This document shows positions 1 through 14,129 of a stretch of DNA of 64,000 nt, one piece after another; positions within the stretch are counted from its first letter, which is position 1; each line of letters begins with the position of its first letter. The notes under the pieces are model-generated. The model did not search any database, was not told the DNA's origin, and was given only the letters and a program-made list of their open reading frames with translations. The stretch is from Mustelus asterias (lineage: Eukaryota), in NCBI RefSeq assembly GCF_964213995.1, contig NC_135808.1, forward strand, positions 65,596,001 to 65,660,000, written 5' to 3'. A program made the position numbers and the translations under genes.

Positions 1-492
1 TGAGCAACTTACAGCAGACATCTCAAAGCACTGAAGATGTAACACCAGCAGTGCCTTCGCAGGATCCACCAAATCTGATGGCAAGAAAGGCGAGCCAACA
101 GCAGTGTCCTCTCCCACGCCAACACACTCAATAAGTAGGTGTCAATCCAGCTCTGCTGGGCAGGACTTGTCATTTGCATGCCTGACACCAAGCTCTGAGC
201 AATTGTTCTATTTTGAACTTGATTGTGACAGGAGACTCTCAGGAGTACAATGGAAATGTTTTAGATGTTCTCAAAGCATCCATGAAAAGATCAAATATCC
301 CTGCCAACTTATACAAGTCCCTGGCTTGTGACTGACCAAAATGGCAAAGGTTTGTTTAGAAGGTACTAAACATATTGAGGAGACTTCGGCAGCCCCAAAC
401 GCCAAGCTGAGGCATCACTGAGAGTACACAAACACCCCAACTGCCCGACTCTTCCTGCCTCTGACAATACCTGCCCCGTATGTGGCAGAGTC

Positions 493-1263
493 CAGTAAGA
501 AGTCTCACAACACCAGGTTAAAGTCCAACAGGTTTATTTGGTAGCACAAACCACAAGCTTTCGGAGCACAGCCCCTTCATCAGGTGAGTGGGATTTGTGT
601 TCACAAACAGGGCACAGATAGACACAAACTCAATTTACAAGATAATGGTTGGAATGCGAGTCTTTACAGGTAACCAAGTCTTAAAGGTACAAACAGTGTG
701 AGTGAAGAGGGTTAAGCACAGGTTTAAGAGATGTGTATTGTCTCCAACTAGGACAGTTAGTGAGATTTTGCAAGCCCAGGCAAGTCATGGGGGTTACAGA
801 TAGTGTGACGTGAACCCAAGATCCCAGTTGAGGCCATCCTCGTGTGCGGAACTTGGCTATCCAAGATATTGTTCAAGACTTGGATAGCCAAGTTCCGCAC
901 ACATGAGGACGGCCTCAACCGGGATCTTGGGTTCATGTCACACTATCTGTAACCCCCACGACTTGCCTGGGCTTGCAAAATCTCACTAACTGTCCTGGCT
1001 GGAGACAATACACATCTCTTTAACCTGTGCTTAACCCTCTCTCCAGTTACATTGTCTGTACCTTTAAGACTTGATTACCTGTAAAGGCTCGCATTCCAAC
1101 GATTATGTTGTAAATTGAGTTGTCTATATAAGCCCTGTTTGTGAACACAATTCCCACTCACCTGATGAAGGGGCAGTGCTACCAAATAAACATGTTGGAC
1201 TTTAACTTGGTGTTGTGAGACTTCTTACTGTGCTTACCCCAGTCCAACGCCGCATCTCCACAT
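493..1263. mobile_element. Penelope-like element, palindromic 5'-truncated insertion (inverted pLTRs)
   Basis: About 370-bp inverted arms (493-865 and 879-1230) with an extra ~33-nt tail on the right arm. A 12-bp TSD tgtggcagagtc sits at 481-492 and 1264-1275. The arms encode the PLE endonuclease C-terminus IAKFRTHEDGLNRDLGFMSHYL*. Confidence 0.9.
552..586 (-). ncRNA. Minimal type I hammerhead ribozyme motif in Penelope pLTR
   Basis: Minus strand reads CAC-CUGAUGA-A-GGGGC-UGU-GCUCC-GAA-AGCU-U-GUG: both core boxes, a 5-bp helix II, palindromic AGCU helix III and CAC/GUG helix I. Confidence 0.75.
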
Positions 1264-4200
1264 TGTGGCAGAGTCTGCAGATCATGTATTGGACTCATCA
1301 ACAATCACAACCCATCAAACTGGAGTGGAAGTTAAGTCATCCTCGATCCTAAGGGACTGCCTAAGAAGAAAGTGGAGATTGGCTGGGATGATGGGGAGCA
1401 CTAGCCTGTGCTTGAAACAAAAACTCATTTTCTGAAGAGAGATTTAGTCAATTATTCTGTACAAAAGGACGATAGCTTCATGATTAAGTGTAATACCTGG
1501 ATTGTTTTTCAAATGTATTTGCTGTATTTCATTACGTCATTATATTAAACAGTATACAAATGGACAATCTAATCCTTTATTTTGATCAAGTTCAGCAAAC
1601 TTAGTGTATAGGAATGAATGCCAATGAAATACAAATAAATTATTGTTGGGTTGTGATGTTTTGTAGCTCAGAAGGAGATTGATGTTGTGAAGTACAGAGG
1701 CAATGGTTTGCATAAAGCTTTGTCTCAAATTCTAGCGGAAGACTGGAACATTGGGCAATTGAGGTTCAAGTGCTGGAGTTTATCATTCATTCTCAGTTGC
1801 ACTGGTTGTCCGTCCCTGAGAACCTGGGGCGATCTTTGTAGTGGTTTGATGCAACTGAATGAGGGCGTTTAAGAGTAAACCACATTGGTGTAGGAGTGGG
1901 GTCACACAAGGAGGAAGAACAGGTTTCCTTCCATAAAGGACATTAGTCATCGAAGTGGGTTATAATTGCACAACAGTTTCACAATCACGCTTGTTAATGC
2001 CAGCATTTAAAAAACTGAGTTCAGTTTTCACTGCCATGTTGAGATTTAAACTTGCATTCTATGGATTATTAGTGCACTAGACTAGAGGTTAAGACTCATC
2101 TGTGCTACAGTTTCTGATCTCTTTTAATTTGCATTGATACAAGATTTTCATTTGTAAAATCCAATTTTCATAAAAGTTCCAAACAACATCCTGGATAACC
2201 TGAGCATTAAAAGGTTTATGAGCGTCCACATTAAATATTACATTTCCCATATCTGTTTGACTCAAACTTTCTGCAGCATCATTAAAAACTGCTTCTTTCT
2301 GTGGATCAAGCGAAATCTCGACGCACTTAGAAAGAAGGAAACATTTTATTTGTGTTGATTTCATCCTTTTCCAAAGATTTCAATTTAATTCACCTTTCAA
2401 TGTCTTTTTCATGACAAAGAAAAATGGTTCGAGTCAGGATCTTATTTTCAGAAATACATAAATACTTCAAGACAAATTCAGGCATTACAATCTTTCTGCC
2501 ATTAAATGCGACTATTGGCACACCATAAATCCTGACTAATTAAAGAAGTGCCATGCATTGACTTTTTTCTCTTTCTTATGTAAAGGATATCAAAATTAAT
2601 ATGCAGTGAATAATGAGCCTTAATGAGCCATTGTTCCAGTGAAATGGAGAAACAGTTTGATTAATACTAGATTGAAATTATGGTTGCCCTTATGTAATAA
2701 GAGTTTATGTACTAAACTTGACACCACAAATAGTGTGTGTTTAAGTCTTTAATAGGAAGTCTATTGTCCCTCTTATCTTCCTCACTTGCACAAGCAACAG
2801 AAACCAGGTCTGTGTGTCGCAATGCATTATATTTGATCCTAATTTAAATACTGTCCTTTTTAAAATACAAAATGTTTTTTCCAGAGCCTCCTGATCGATT
2901 GTCACATTCTATAATAGATCCAGCTATTTAAGTTTTCAAGTGGGGGAGAGAACTGTAGGTTTGAGATTCTGCAACATGAATCATGAGTAAATGGCTACAT
3001 CAAATAAAATCTCTGAACCCCAAAATCTAACCCCAAATGATTGAAAACATTTTGTGAAATCTGGAGGCAGTCGGGTCTGTGATATCAACCAAAAATTCAC
3101 ATCCAGTATTGAACTTGTTCTGAAGTCTCAACTCGCCTTCTCAATGCTGCAGCTATCTGTATCCAATAAGTCATGGACCTTACTCAGACATCTCCTCATT
3201 CTTTTTAAGTCACGTTTCCATATTTTAGATATATATTTTTGGCTGCAGAAGTATTCATATAGAAATAATCATTAACAGCTAGAAATCTATCTCTGCTGGC
3301 TTGTCCTTTCATTTTTTAATGTAGATAATATGTTCCATTCTCTAATCCCAGCTCTAGTTCAAAATACCATTGCGTTGACGTCATTTAATATCAAGTTTTG
3401 GCCAATGCTTGCAATGAATGAACAAATAATGGGCCAGAGTTTCCTGCCAAGATAATGGTGAGGCTAATTGCGCTCAGAATCATTTATACGTAAATAGTGC
3501 AGCAACCTTGTGTGGGACAGATATCTAAAAGATACTGTCCAATTTGCATATCTCACCGACTTTTCTCTTGCGAAACATTTCAGTTTTGCTGTCTGTCTCA
3601 TCATTGACATGCATTGAGTGTCATGGAGTTTGCTGGATTTGCACGTTAGACATGAACTAAATCTGCCACAGAAGTTTAAGGCTTGCAATTACATGCGTAA
3701 GTACACTTTTAACATTTGTTAATTCCTGCACACAGCTTCACTGACGCCAAAAATGATCAGTTACAAGTATGAAGTTTTATTCCTTCAGGTTTAAATTTTT
3801 TGTGTTGATTTCAAAAATGATTTGTAGAAAATTCCTCTGTTTCCTTTCTGTGTTGTCATTCAATCTTTCTTCCATTTTATTGACAATTAATTCCCCTTTA
3901 ATTCATCCTTCTTTTCAGACTTTCTGCTATTTACTTCCCAATCCCAAATCCCCTTGGTTAAGGGAGTCGGCTGATGTGATACATGTGAATCAAACTGCTT
4001 TAGAGCTTCCTCAGACAGAACACAATGTTGGCATATAATACTGTTAATGTTTCCAGTGGTTTGTGATACCCAGTGAAACAGGTTTACACCATTACAGACT
4101 TGCCAGCCTTGAGGTCAACCACTCTATGCCACCAATTTGAAAGTTGCCCAGAGGGCAATTATTAAATGGTGGACACTGGGTTTTGAATTATGACCTTTAT

Positions 4201-5869
4201 AATAAAGAACATTGGTGGTTTAGTATATAGCAGTACTATCTAACATCAACAAATGTAGGCGAGTTCAAATATTTTCTTGGCTGTAACTTGTGATGCCAGT
4301 GTCATGTTATTGTGCACCATGTAACAGATTGAATCATTGAACATCTATACCTTCAGGCTCCATTTCACGAAAAACAAATCTATGCAAATTACTGCAACTG
4401 TCACTCTAAATTTTCTTAGTGGTCAGATAAAAGGATAAAATTGCATGCCTACCAATGTAAAATTATCCATCTAACAATTTTCTTTCTGCCAGAATCTATT
4501 GAAAAGCTATTTTCAATGTTATTTTGCATTTGTGATTTCAAAATTAATTGTGCTAGTTCAGTGGGTAATTGTATTATGTGGTGAGATACTGGAAGGAGCA
4601 CAGTTTTGATTCCTTGCCTTTGCTAAGCTCAGCTAGTGTTGCAATAGGGTGCTACAACTAGCCCTTAGCATTTCTGGGTTAACAAAGTAAAATTCGCTTA
4701 GGGTTTCTACTGGCAGGAGGGTTGGTGACTTAAATTTGATATAATTATCAAAAGAACCAGAGGAAGATGAGAATTCTATTTTGACGCAGTGAGTTGTTGT
4801 CATCTGGAATTGGATATACACTTGAAAACATTTGCAGGGAGTGGGTCTAATTGGAAAGCTCTTTCAGGGAGCAGGCACAATGGATCAAGTGGCTTCCTTA
4901 TGTTCTGTATCATACTACAATTCTAGTTCACATTCTTGATTATAGTATCTTAGCTGGAAAGTGTGCTGTGTGGACATCTGTTAAGGACAGTATCAGAATA
5001 AAAACCATAAGGACAAACTTGTCATTATATAGTGCATTTCTGGGCCTCCCCAAGCACTTCACAATCAATGAAGTACTTCTGGATTGTAATTATTGTCGTA
5101 GTGTTGGGAAACTTAGCAGCCAATTTATATACAGCAAAATCTCACACACAGCAATTGGATAAATGTCAAAATTAGCTATTTTAATAGATTACGGGTAAAT
5201 TTTGTTCACCACAGTAGAACTGCTCAACTATTCAAATAGTATCTTTGCATCTATTTCATTCACATGAGAGAGCAGACAGAACCTCAGATTAATGCCTCAT
5301 CAGAAAGACAGTTCCATCTGATGGTGCAGATCCTAGGTACTGCACTGAAATGTCAGCTTACATTATTTCTCTGAAGTGGGTCTTTGACCAATGATCTTCT
5401 GGATCAAAAGAGAAGACTGGCATCCTTGAGCCAAAGCTGATATCGAAAAGTTGGATCATGATGGTCCCCAGCTTGTACAAATCAAGTGAACTCCAATGAT
5501 TCATTGTTTTTATTTTGTTGTTCTACATAGCCATTTGAGTGAAGAGTTGTAATTTGATTCTGCAGTCTGGACTGGCTCAGGGACATTTCTAATCTTGATA
5601 ATATTGAGGGATCACTACTAGAATGTATGCATATGCTGTATAGTTATTGGGTGAAAACAAACAAATGTTCATACGTATGAACATATGAATTAGAAGCAGG
5701 AGTGGACCACTCATTCCCTCGAGCCTGCTGTGCCATTCAATAAGATCATGGCTGATCTGATTTTAACCTCGACTCCACATTCCCTCCTACCGCCAGTAAT
5801 CTCTCACCCCCCCCCTTGCTTATCAAGAATCCGATGTCCTATGCATTGAACAACATACCAACACTTCAA

Positions 5870-6173
5870 AGACTATTTTCTCGAGTGGATGGAGCTATTA
5901 CAAGGGGGCATAACTATAGGGTTCGTGGTGGGAGATATAGAAAGGATATCAGAGGTAGGTTCTTTACACAGAGAGTGGTTGGGGTGTGGAATGGACTGCC
6001 TGCAGTGATAGTGGAGTCAGACACTTTAGGAACATTTAAGCGGTTATTGGATAGGCACATGGAGCACACCAGGATGATGGGGAGTGGGATAGCTTGATCT
6101 TGGTTTCAGATAAAGCTCAGCACAACATCATGGGCCGAAGGGCCTGTTCTGTGCTGTACTGTTCTATGTTCTA
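5870..6173 (+). mobile_element. CR1 LINE 3' end (young)
   Basis: Encodes TRGHNYRVRGGRYRKDIRGRFFTQRVVGVWNGLP...FKRLLDRHM, followed by 3' UTR tgggccgaagggcctgtt and a gttctat tail. Confidence 0.92.
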
Positions 6174-6344
6174 CTCACTCGTTAGACTCGAACATAAAAG
6201 ATGACCAGTTGAGGGGAGGCTGTCGGTGTCTTGAAGTATAGTTGAATAAAGCACTGAGCCATCTGGAGAAGAGAGACATTGAGGGGGAAAAAATGACTTG
6301 AGGATTGATTTACTGAAAAGCAATTTTTTTTAAAATCTGGTATT

Positions 6345-7850
6345 TTGAAATTGATATTGCAATTCAGGAAAATTGCAAGGAACAACATCAACTGACTACG
6401 TGGCCCTTTTCAATTTCATGAAAGCCTTTGACTCTGCCCATTGTGAAAGCTTGAGTATCTTCAAATTTAGCCTCCCTCAGAAATTTGTCATCATTCTCCA
6501 CCTACTCCACAATGACATGCAAGCTGTGATCCTCACCGATGGAACAACCACAGATCCTATTTCAGTGAAAATTGGGATTAATCAAAACTGTGGCATTGCA
6601 CCAACCCTATTCTCCATCTTCCTCACTGTGATACTGCACCTCACCTCCAACAGACTTCCCACAGGCATGAAGATAATGTACAGGATACATGGGAAACTGT
6701 TCAAACTACACTGCCTTCAAAGCCAAACTCGTTTTAGCTTCAGTATGCAGATGGCACATGGGTGCATGCAGACTCAAACTAAGCTCCGGCTCATTCTTGA
6801 CTCCTCCGAAGTATACGATAAAATAAACCTTTTACTGAACATCCGGAAAACTAAGGTCCTCGCCCACAAGGCTCCCAAAGGATAATATCTGTTAAGATTA
6901 ACGGCAGGATCCTGGAAAATGTAAACCATTTTCCGCATCTTGGGAGCCTCCTCTTGACAAAGGTAAAAATAGAGGACAAAATTCATCATTACCTTTGATC
7001 TGTCTACAATAGACTTTGACTAGTGAGGAAATGAGACTTTGAAGATCAGGATCTCTAAGATCATGGTTTATCAGGCACAATGGTCTACATGTTTCAGAGA
7101 CGTGGACGGCCTAGAGCAGGCATCTCAAAAGCATCAGTGCTACCTTTGCAAGATCCTAAAATCCAAAGCTGACTTGCCCACCAGTGAGGTACTAATCACT
7201 CAAAAACACCACTTCGGGGCAGAACATGTCATTTATATATAACAACAAAGTGGTGGAGAAACTCGAGTCTGGCAGCATCTGTGGAGAGAAAAACAGTTAC
7301 ATAGGACTCTTCTTTGAAAGCAAAGTGTTTTACACAAAGCATCAACTCTGTATCTCTCTCCACAGATGCTGCCAGACCTGCTGAGCTTTACTACCCCTTT
7401 CTGTTTTTATTTCCGATCTCCAGTGAACCCTGCAGTTTGCTTTTATAATGGAATTCATACACCTGATAAAAACACCCAAAGCTCTACTCAGGATTCGGTC
7501 ATTACATAAAACTCCCAGGAGGACAACAGAAACTCTCTCGTGCGTCACTAAAACATCTCTGAAGAAGTCAAACATTTGCTGATACATGAGAGTCCCTGAC
7601 TTTTGACGAAAATGGCAAGGTTCATTCGGGTGGGTATTGAACACGTCAAAAGACTTTGTTGGGAACATGCAGAGGCAAAGTCGGGGCATCGGAGAAAGAG
7701 CACAAGTCTCCCAACAGTTCACGTTCTCAATCCTCCCAGCTGTCCTGCAAGTGGCAGAGTCTACAGATTGCATGTTGAACTTATCAGCCATCTCAGAACC
7801 CATCAAACTGGAGTGGAAGCAAGTCATCTTCGATCCCAAGGGACTGCATT
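6345..7850 (+). mobile_element. Decayed RTE-type LINE (RT and 3' end)
   Basis: The ORF at 6373-6885 contains KAFDS, LPQKFVIILHLLHNDM and NCGIAPTLFSIFL (RTE RT motifs). It has many stops, and its 3' end matches the copy at 1276-1370. Confidence 0.85.
7245..7423. mobile_element. Short palindromic Penelope-derived element (second family)
   Basis: Inverted repeat gtctggcagcatctgtggagaga / tctctccacagatgctgccagac, inserted within the RTE fragment. Confidence 0.65.
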
Positions 7851-8996
7851 AATAGTTGTCCGTAAACCATATAAAATCTGTTCTCGCTCTTGGCTGCAAC
7901 TTTTGGGTACTTAAAATAAACTTGCCTTTCAAGCTCATTGAGTGAATATTTACTAAAAACTGCAACAGTGACTTTTCAAAATATGTTTGAAGTCTTGGAC
8001 TGAAAGCCCCCCTTTTTTTTTATAACCCTGCACTCCAGGTAGTATATGTGCACTATAAAATGCTGACTCATTATAGCCTTGTGAAATCTGTTATAATGAT
8101 AATTGCATTCTCCACTGCTTCCTGGCTAATAAAGGAAAAAAATACTCCTTGGTTTTATGTGGGGGTGGGTTGATTATGGGGAAATGTTATACTTAATGGA
8201 GCAAAGTGTTCACCTTTCCAAGTGTGCATTCTAGTCTTGAGAAGCCAAAGTGTGAACAAAGACCCATCTCTCAAAATTTCAAATGAGTAGGACAAGAAGA
8301 TGAAATATTATCAAGAATATGAAAACAAAATACTGCAGACACTGGAAATCTGAAATGACAACAGAAAATGCTAATAACGCTTAACTGGTTGGGCAGCATT
8401 TGTGGAGAGACAAATAGTTAATATTCCAGTCGATGACATTCCATCAGAGCTCAAGAATATGGTCTGTTCAGTTGCATCTTGGGCTTATTGGATGACTTTC
8501 ACAAATTTGCCCTTGTATCACTTAAAGTTTCAAAATTTTTACCATATGGAAAATACACTTGGCATTGTATCACCATGCCTTCAATCGTCTAGGTTTTTTT
8601 ATAACTGTGTCTGGGTAGAGGACTGTTTTACTATCCTTTGAAATCCAGCTGTCTGCAAGCATTGTGTTTTTTAACATCCCTGTTAACTGTTTAGAACAGG
8701 TATCAATTTAGTTCTTGATACCTAATAGCACCAATTTGACCCTTCTTCACGATGAGGATTTACTGGCAAAATGGTTGCCAGTTTAACCATAATCGTTATT
8801 AGTGAGTGAATCATTCAGGCATGAAAGAAATATGCTGAGTTGTGAATTTCCACAAATTGCTGGACGATTTGTGTCATTCCACTATTAACATCTAAGTTTT
8901 GGTAGCTTGCCCTCAAGCTCCCTGCAAGTTTCAAGAAATTACTTCATTTGCGCATTAAATGATAATTAAACATGGGGCAGAGTGTTTGTGCTGGTT

Positions 8997-9352
8997 GGGG
9001 AGGCAGTAGTTTAGTGGTATTGGCACTGGACTAGAAACCCAGAGACCCAGGGTAATGCTCAGGGGACCCAGGTTCAAATCCCACCATGGCAGATGGTGAA
9101 AGTTGCATTCACTAAAAAAACTCTGGAATTAAAAGTCTAATAACCCCATGAAACCATTGTCAACTGTCGCAAAACCCCATCCGGTTCACTAATGTCCTTT
9201 AGGGAAGGAAATCTGTCATCCTCATCTGGTCTAGCCTGTATATGATTCCAGATCCACAGCAAGGTGGTTGACTTTTAAATGCCCTCTGAGATGAGCAATA
9301 AATGCTGGTCCAGCTAGTGATGCCCACATCCCATGAACGAACAAAAAAAAAA
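8997..9352 (+). mobile_element. tRNA-derived SINE (family B)
   Basis: A-box tagtttagtgg, B-box ggttcaaatcc, and tail caataaatgctggtccagc..gatgcccacatcccatgaacga(a)n. Confidence 0.8.
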
Positions 9353-9944
9353 CAGCATAAGGAACCTCTTGATGCCAGCAATGCCTGTCCAGCTGAGAAA
9401 GGGAACATTTGACACTGGAATCCAATTTCTGCTGATTGCCAATTAATATTCCTTTTTTTTTCTCTCTTAATCCAGTCTTTCTTTTTCCCTCCTTTATTTG
9501 CCTTTCTGTCCTCAATGTGACTCTCATTCCCATGAAAGTGAATGAGAGTCACATTTCCATTATCTGTTGTCCCTCTACTGAAGTCTCATTGGGTAAGGAG
9601 ATAGACTCATGGTTCCATCGTTCATTAGGGTCCAGGTGTCCCATCGCCCTTGTTGTGCTTCTTTCAGGTCATAATTAGTTTTCAAGCTAAAGGATGAGGG
9701 GAAAAAGCCAAATGAACTAGACACGTCACAAGATCCTCCTCCAGCAAAATCTAGGCCAACATTACAATCAGAATTGGGTCAGATGCATTAATTAGCACTT
9801 GTATCACCACCAAATTTACTTTATACTCCTGTGGGTAGAGTTCAGTTTTCAACTGGAGGAATTACTCGTCGTCCCATTCACCAGCCTCCTAACACAGCAA
9901 TGCACAAGATCAGATTTCCAGTTGCAGCTTGTTCCATCATACAC

Positions 9945-10620
9945 AAATATGCAAATCAGGAGCAGGCCACTCAGCCCCTCGAGCCTATTCTGCCATTCAA
10001 TTAGATCATGACGGATCTGCTTGTAACGTCAATGTCACATTCCTGCCTACCCCAATAACCTTTTACTCTCTTGTTAGTCATGAATTTACCTAGCTCTGCC
10101 TCAAAAACATTTAAAGACTCTGCTTCCACTTCCTTTTCAGGAAGAGAGTTCCAGAGACACTCAACCTATGAGTGAAAAAAATTCCCCTCATCTTTGTCTG
10201 AAATGAGCGACCCCTAATTTTTAAAGCGATCCCTAGTTCTAAGTTCTCTGACAAGAGGAAACATCTGCTCCACATCCACTGTGTCAGTACCCCTCAGGAT
10301 CTTAAAGATTTTGATCAAGTTGTCTCTTACTCTCTAAACTTTAGTGGATACAAACCTAACCTCTCCAGTCTTTCCTCATAAGACAACCTGCCCATTCCTG
10401 ATATTAGTCTAGTAAATCTTCTCTGAACTGCTAATGTATTTACATCGTTGCTTACGTAAAACAGCACACTACTCCAAGTACGGTTTCACCAGTGCTCTGT
10501 ACAACTGAAACATACCTTCACTACTTTGTAATCAATTTCCTCCACAATGAATGTAACATTCTATTAGATTTCTTAATTACTTGCTTTACCTGTATTCTAG
10601 CCTTTTGTGCTTCATGCACG
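9945..10620 (-). mobile_element. CR1 LINE 3' fragment
   Basis: Reverse-complement CR1 3' UTR (aggagcaggccactcagcccctcgagcct) and decayed RT C-terminus. Confidence 0.8.
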
Positions 10621-12544
10621 AGTTGCAAGTTTAAAAATGTGGTAGTGTAATTGATTAAATTCATAAGTATGGATGGAGGTGTGGAGACCAGTTGTGGGAG
10701 GAGGGATGGCTTTAGCACAAGGTTGAGTAAATTTCAGTGTTTGTCTATTCTCAACTTGTTAGGGACTTTAGTGGGTCATTTTCTACAGAGATTCTCCGAT
10801 AATCGGCCATTACTTCAACAGAAGATTTGTTGGAGATGCAGTTTTAATTATTTACATTGTGCAATACTTTGGTTAAAGATTATCTCTGTTATAAACTGTC
10901 TTACCACATCAAAACATCTCAAAGTAAGTACTTGCCACAATTGTTTTTGAAGTGAACTTATGCTTATCAAATTAAAGTGTGCACTTGAGGAACTGAACAA
11001 ATTTTTAATTTGCACAATCATATCAAACACTTGCTGGTTAGAAATAGCATGGTTTAGGTTTATGTACACTTTAACACACAATCCCCAAAAAACACATTAG
11101 TCTTCAACAAGCGATGAATTGCACTCAGTTTGTCCGTGTGCTCGGACTGTTTTGAGACATTCCAAATTAATTTAAGACCTTCAATTATGAGAGAGAGGGG
11201 GTAGCTTCCAGCCGTCAGTCTGGCTGGATGCAAATCCAGATGCCAGAGTTGAATAAACATCATTCTAGCTTGCTGCACCACCCAGTCTCTAGATGCTAAA
11301 TGATTTATTTAATATTAAGAAATAACAGCAACAAATTAAAAACTTGCAAATGGAGAATGAAATAGCAACTGTAAAAGAACTTTGAGTAGAATAGTGGATT
11401 TTTAACTACACGTCTTTCATACCTGCAGAAGCAGGGAATCAAATTAAATTGACTGGAAGTCGATAAGTCTTAATTGTCTGCAATTAAAGAACCATTTAGA
11501 TTTTCACTATATAAGCTTCATTGATTCAAATGTAATGTTAGCCGACTTAGAAAAATAAGAATGTAGGAATAAGAAAAGACCAATTGAACTGGTCCTGTTG
11601 ATTTAGGTCCCTTGTTCTTTCATCCACTGAGATCATTTTCAGCTCCCTTTTGCTCTGGCGTCAAGCGCCTACCCCATGCTGAATTTGAAATGTTTCCATT
11701 TCCTTTTTTGATTGCTTCAACTGAGTCTACATTCATTGTGCTTCATGGCAGTCTGCTCCATAAACTAACAACTCAAAAAGTGAACAAGTTACTGCTTAAG
11801 TCAATTCTACCGTGATCCATTGTTTATTAATTACATGCAAAATTCATCTACAACCACCCTGTTGATTCTCATACCTCTCATACCTCCGGATTTTAAACCT
11901 TGGGATCATGCAGATAATTATTTCTTAATTAATTTAAGAACAAATCTGACCCTTCATAGGTTAGTGATCATAAGCTTGGAATCAGCTTTGTCCTCCTTTG
12001 ATCTTTTTTCCACTGTTTTCATAACCTCGGTTACCAAAAACCAACATTTGCGATTGTACCAATGCCCTATTAATTACCGATCTCATCTCCCCGAACTTGC
12101 AATCAAAATACATGGCAATCATTGCCTTGAAATACAAGGATGTTTTTAATGGGTAGAAATCAGATTGGCTGTTTCTTTAATAATCTATCTTCTTATAATG
12201 GTCTCTAACACTGACATTCATTATACTGTCAGTGTTCCATTGACTATTCATTCATATGGTTGCGATGTTTTTCTTTGTTTTGCATGATCCGTTGTAGTCC
12301 ACTTTATGCTCAGAATTTTGTCCTGAATGGCATTGAGCTTCTTGAGTGTTGTTGGAGCAGCATTCATCCATGCAAGTAGAGAATACTCAATCGCACTCAT
12401 GTCTTGTCCTTACTCCTTACGGAGGATGGAAAGGCAGTCAGGAGTTGATAACTCTCAGTCGCAGACTTACTCTTGTAGTCTGCTAAGTGCCAGGTGGGAG
12501 TACTCAGTCATGATCATGCCATTGAATGTTGGGGGAAGACTAGC

Positions 12545-13275
12545 CAACTAAAAAGATACATTAAGTTGGGATAAATGGATCATTTTCAGGTTGGCAAACT
12601 GTTGACTAGTGGAGTGCAACATGGATCAGTGCTGGACCTCAACAATTTGCAATCTAATGACGTGGATGAAAGGAGTGAGTGACGAGTGTATTGTAGCCAG
12701 ATTTGCTGCTGATATAAGGATAGGTGGGAAAGCAAGTTTAAGGAGGACACAACGTGAAAAGGATATGGATAAGTTAAGTGAGCGGGAAAATGTTGGTAAA
12801 GATGCAGTAAAATGTGAGGTTATCCACTTGGTAGGAAGACCAGAAAAATAGAATATTATTTAAATGGAGATAAACTACAGAATGCTGCAATACAGAGAAA
12901 TCTGGGTGTTCTCATATATGAATCACTAATGGTTAGCATGCAGGTACAGCAGATAACTGAATAGGCAAATGAAATGTTGGCATTTATTGCAAAGGGGTGG
13001 AGCATAAAAATAGGGAAGTCTTGCTATAACTGTACAGAGTGTTAGTGAGACAAAACATAGAGTACTGCATAAACTTTTAGTTCCCTTTTTAAGGAGGGAT
13101 ATACCTGCACTGGAAACAGTTCAGCAAAGATTCACTAGGTTGATTCCTGGGTTGAAGAGGTTATCTTCTGAGGTTAAGTCGGTTGGGCCTATACTTGGAG
13201 TTTTGAAGAAAGAGAGGTGATATTGAAACATATAAGATTCTAAGAGGGTTAACAGGGTAGACGCTGAGAAATGTT
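12545..13275 (+). mobile_element. CR1 LINE RT fragment
   Basis: Degenerate motifs FAAD.RIGG, KCEVIHL and VQQRFTRLIPG. Confidence 0.8.
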
Positions 13276-14129
13276 CTGCTCCAGAAAGAGATTTCTTAAA
13301 ACATTCCAACCCAGCACTCGTCTCTCAAAGAGCAACCAGCTGAGTTGTCTGCATCTTTAAATTGGAAGTGTCAAGACCACCAAATTCAGCTGGAAGCCAG
13401 CCGAGTTACCAAACTATAGACTGTATACTCTTTTATTGCTTTCACAGAATCTTAAGTTGGCCAACCTATCCTTCCCAATTCTGTAATCTGTGTGAGAGAG
13501 CTTCAGATGTGTGTGGAAATCAGTGCAAATTTTATTATTTGATTTGTTTTAGTTTAAGTATAATAAAGTTAACATATTTCTTTGTTAAACTCAAGAAAAC
13601 CTGTCCTATTGGTTCTTTTATGATCACAGAGTGTAAACAATTAATTACTCTGATTTGGCAGGCATATCCTTTTCAAACAAAAAACTTATTGTAGTCAAAT
13701 GAGGAGAGGCAAAGAGGGGAAGCCATTTGACTTCTCGTCACTTGGTCGTAGCACAGGGCACCTTGAAAACATACTTGGTCAAATGCTGTCTTGACCTAAA
13801 GGGCAGTCACTCTCACCTCACCTCACTTCTGGAATTCAGCTCCTTTGCCCATGTTTGTACCAAGACTGTGATGAGGTCTGAAGCTAAGTGGCCCTGGTAG
13901 AATCCAACTAAGTAATGGTGAGTGCCAATTGATTATTCTATCAGTGGCACCTTCCATTGCTGATGATTGAGAACAGGTTCATGGGGTGGTTTTGGTTGGA
14001 TTTATCCTGCTGTTTATCAACAGTGCATAACAGGCCAATGTTATACTTGTTGCGTAGATGCCAGTGTAATATCTGTACTTGCATAGTTTGCTGAGAGATG
14101 TAGTTAGCTCTGAAACACTAACCTTCAGC

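Larger units (their letters stand above)
1..1370 (+). mobile_element. Decayed RTE/BovB-type LINE 3' end, split by the Penelope insertion
   Basis: Degenerate RTE C-terminal motifs (HQQCLRRI, LFYFEL..., CPVCGRVCRS.IGL). The 3' end aagtcatcctcgatcctaagggactgcc is shared with the copy near 7820-7848. Confidence 0.75.

Noticed and set aside
6373-6885. 170-aa ORF as a host gene
   Set aside because: It is a degenerate RTE reverse-transcriptase fragment surrounded by stops and frameshifts.
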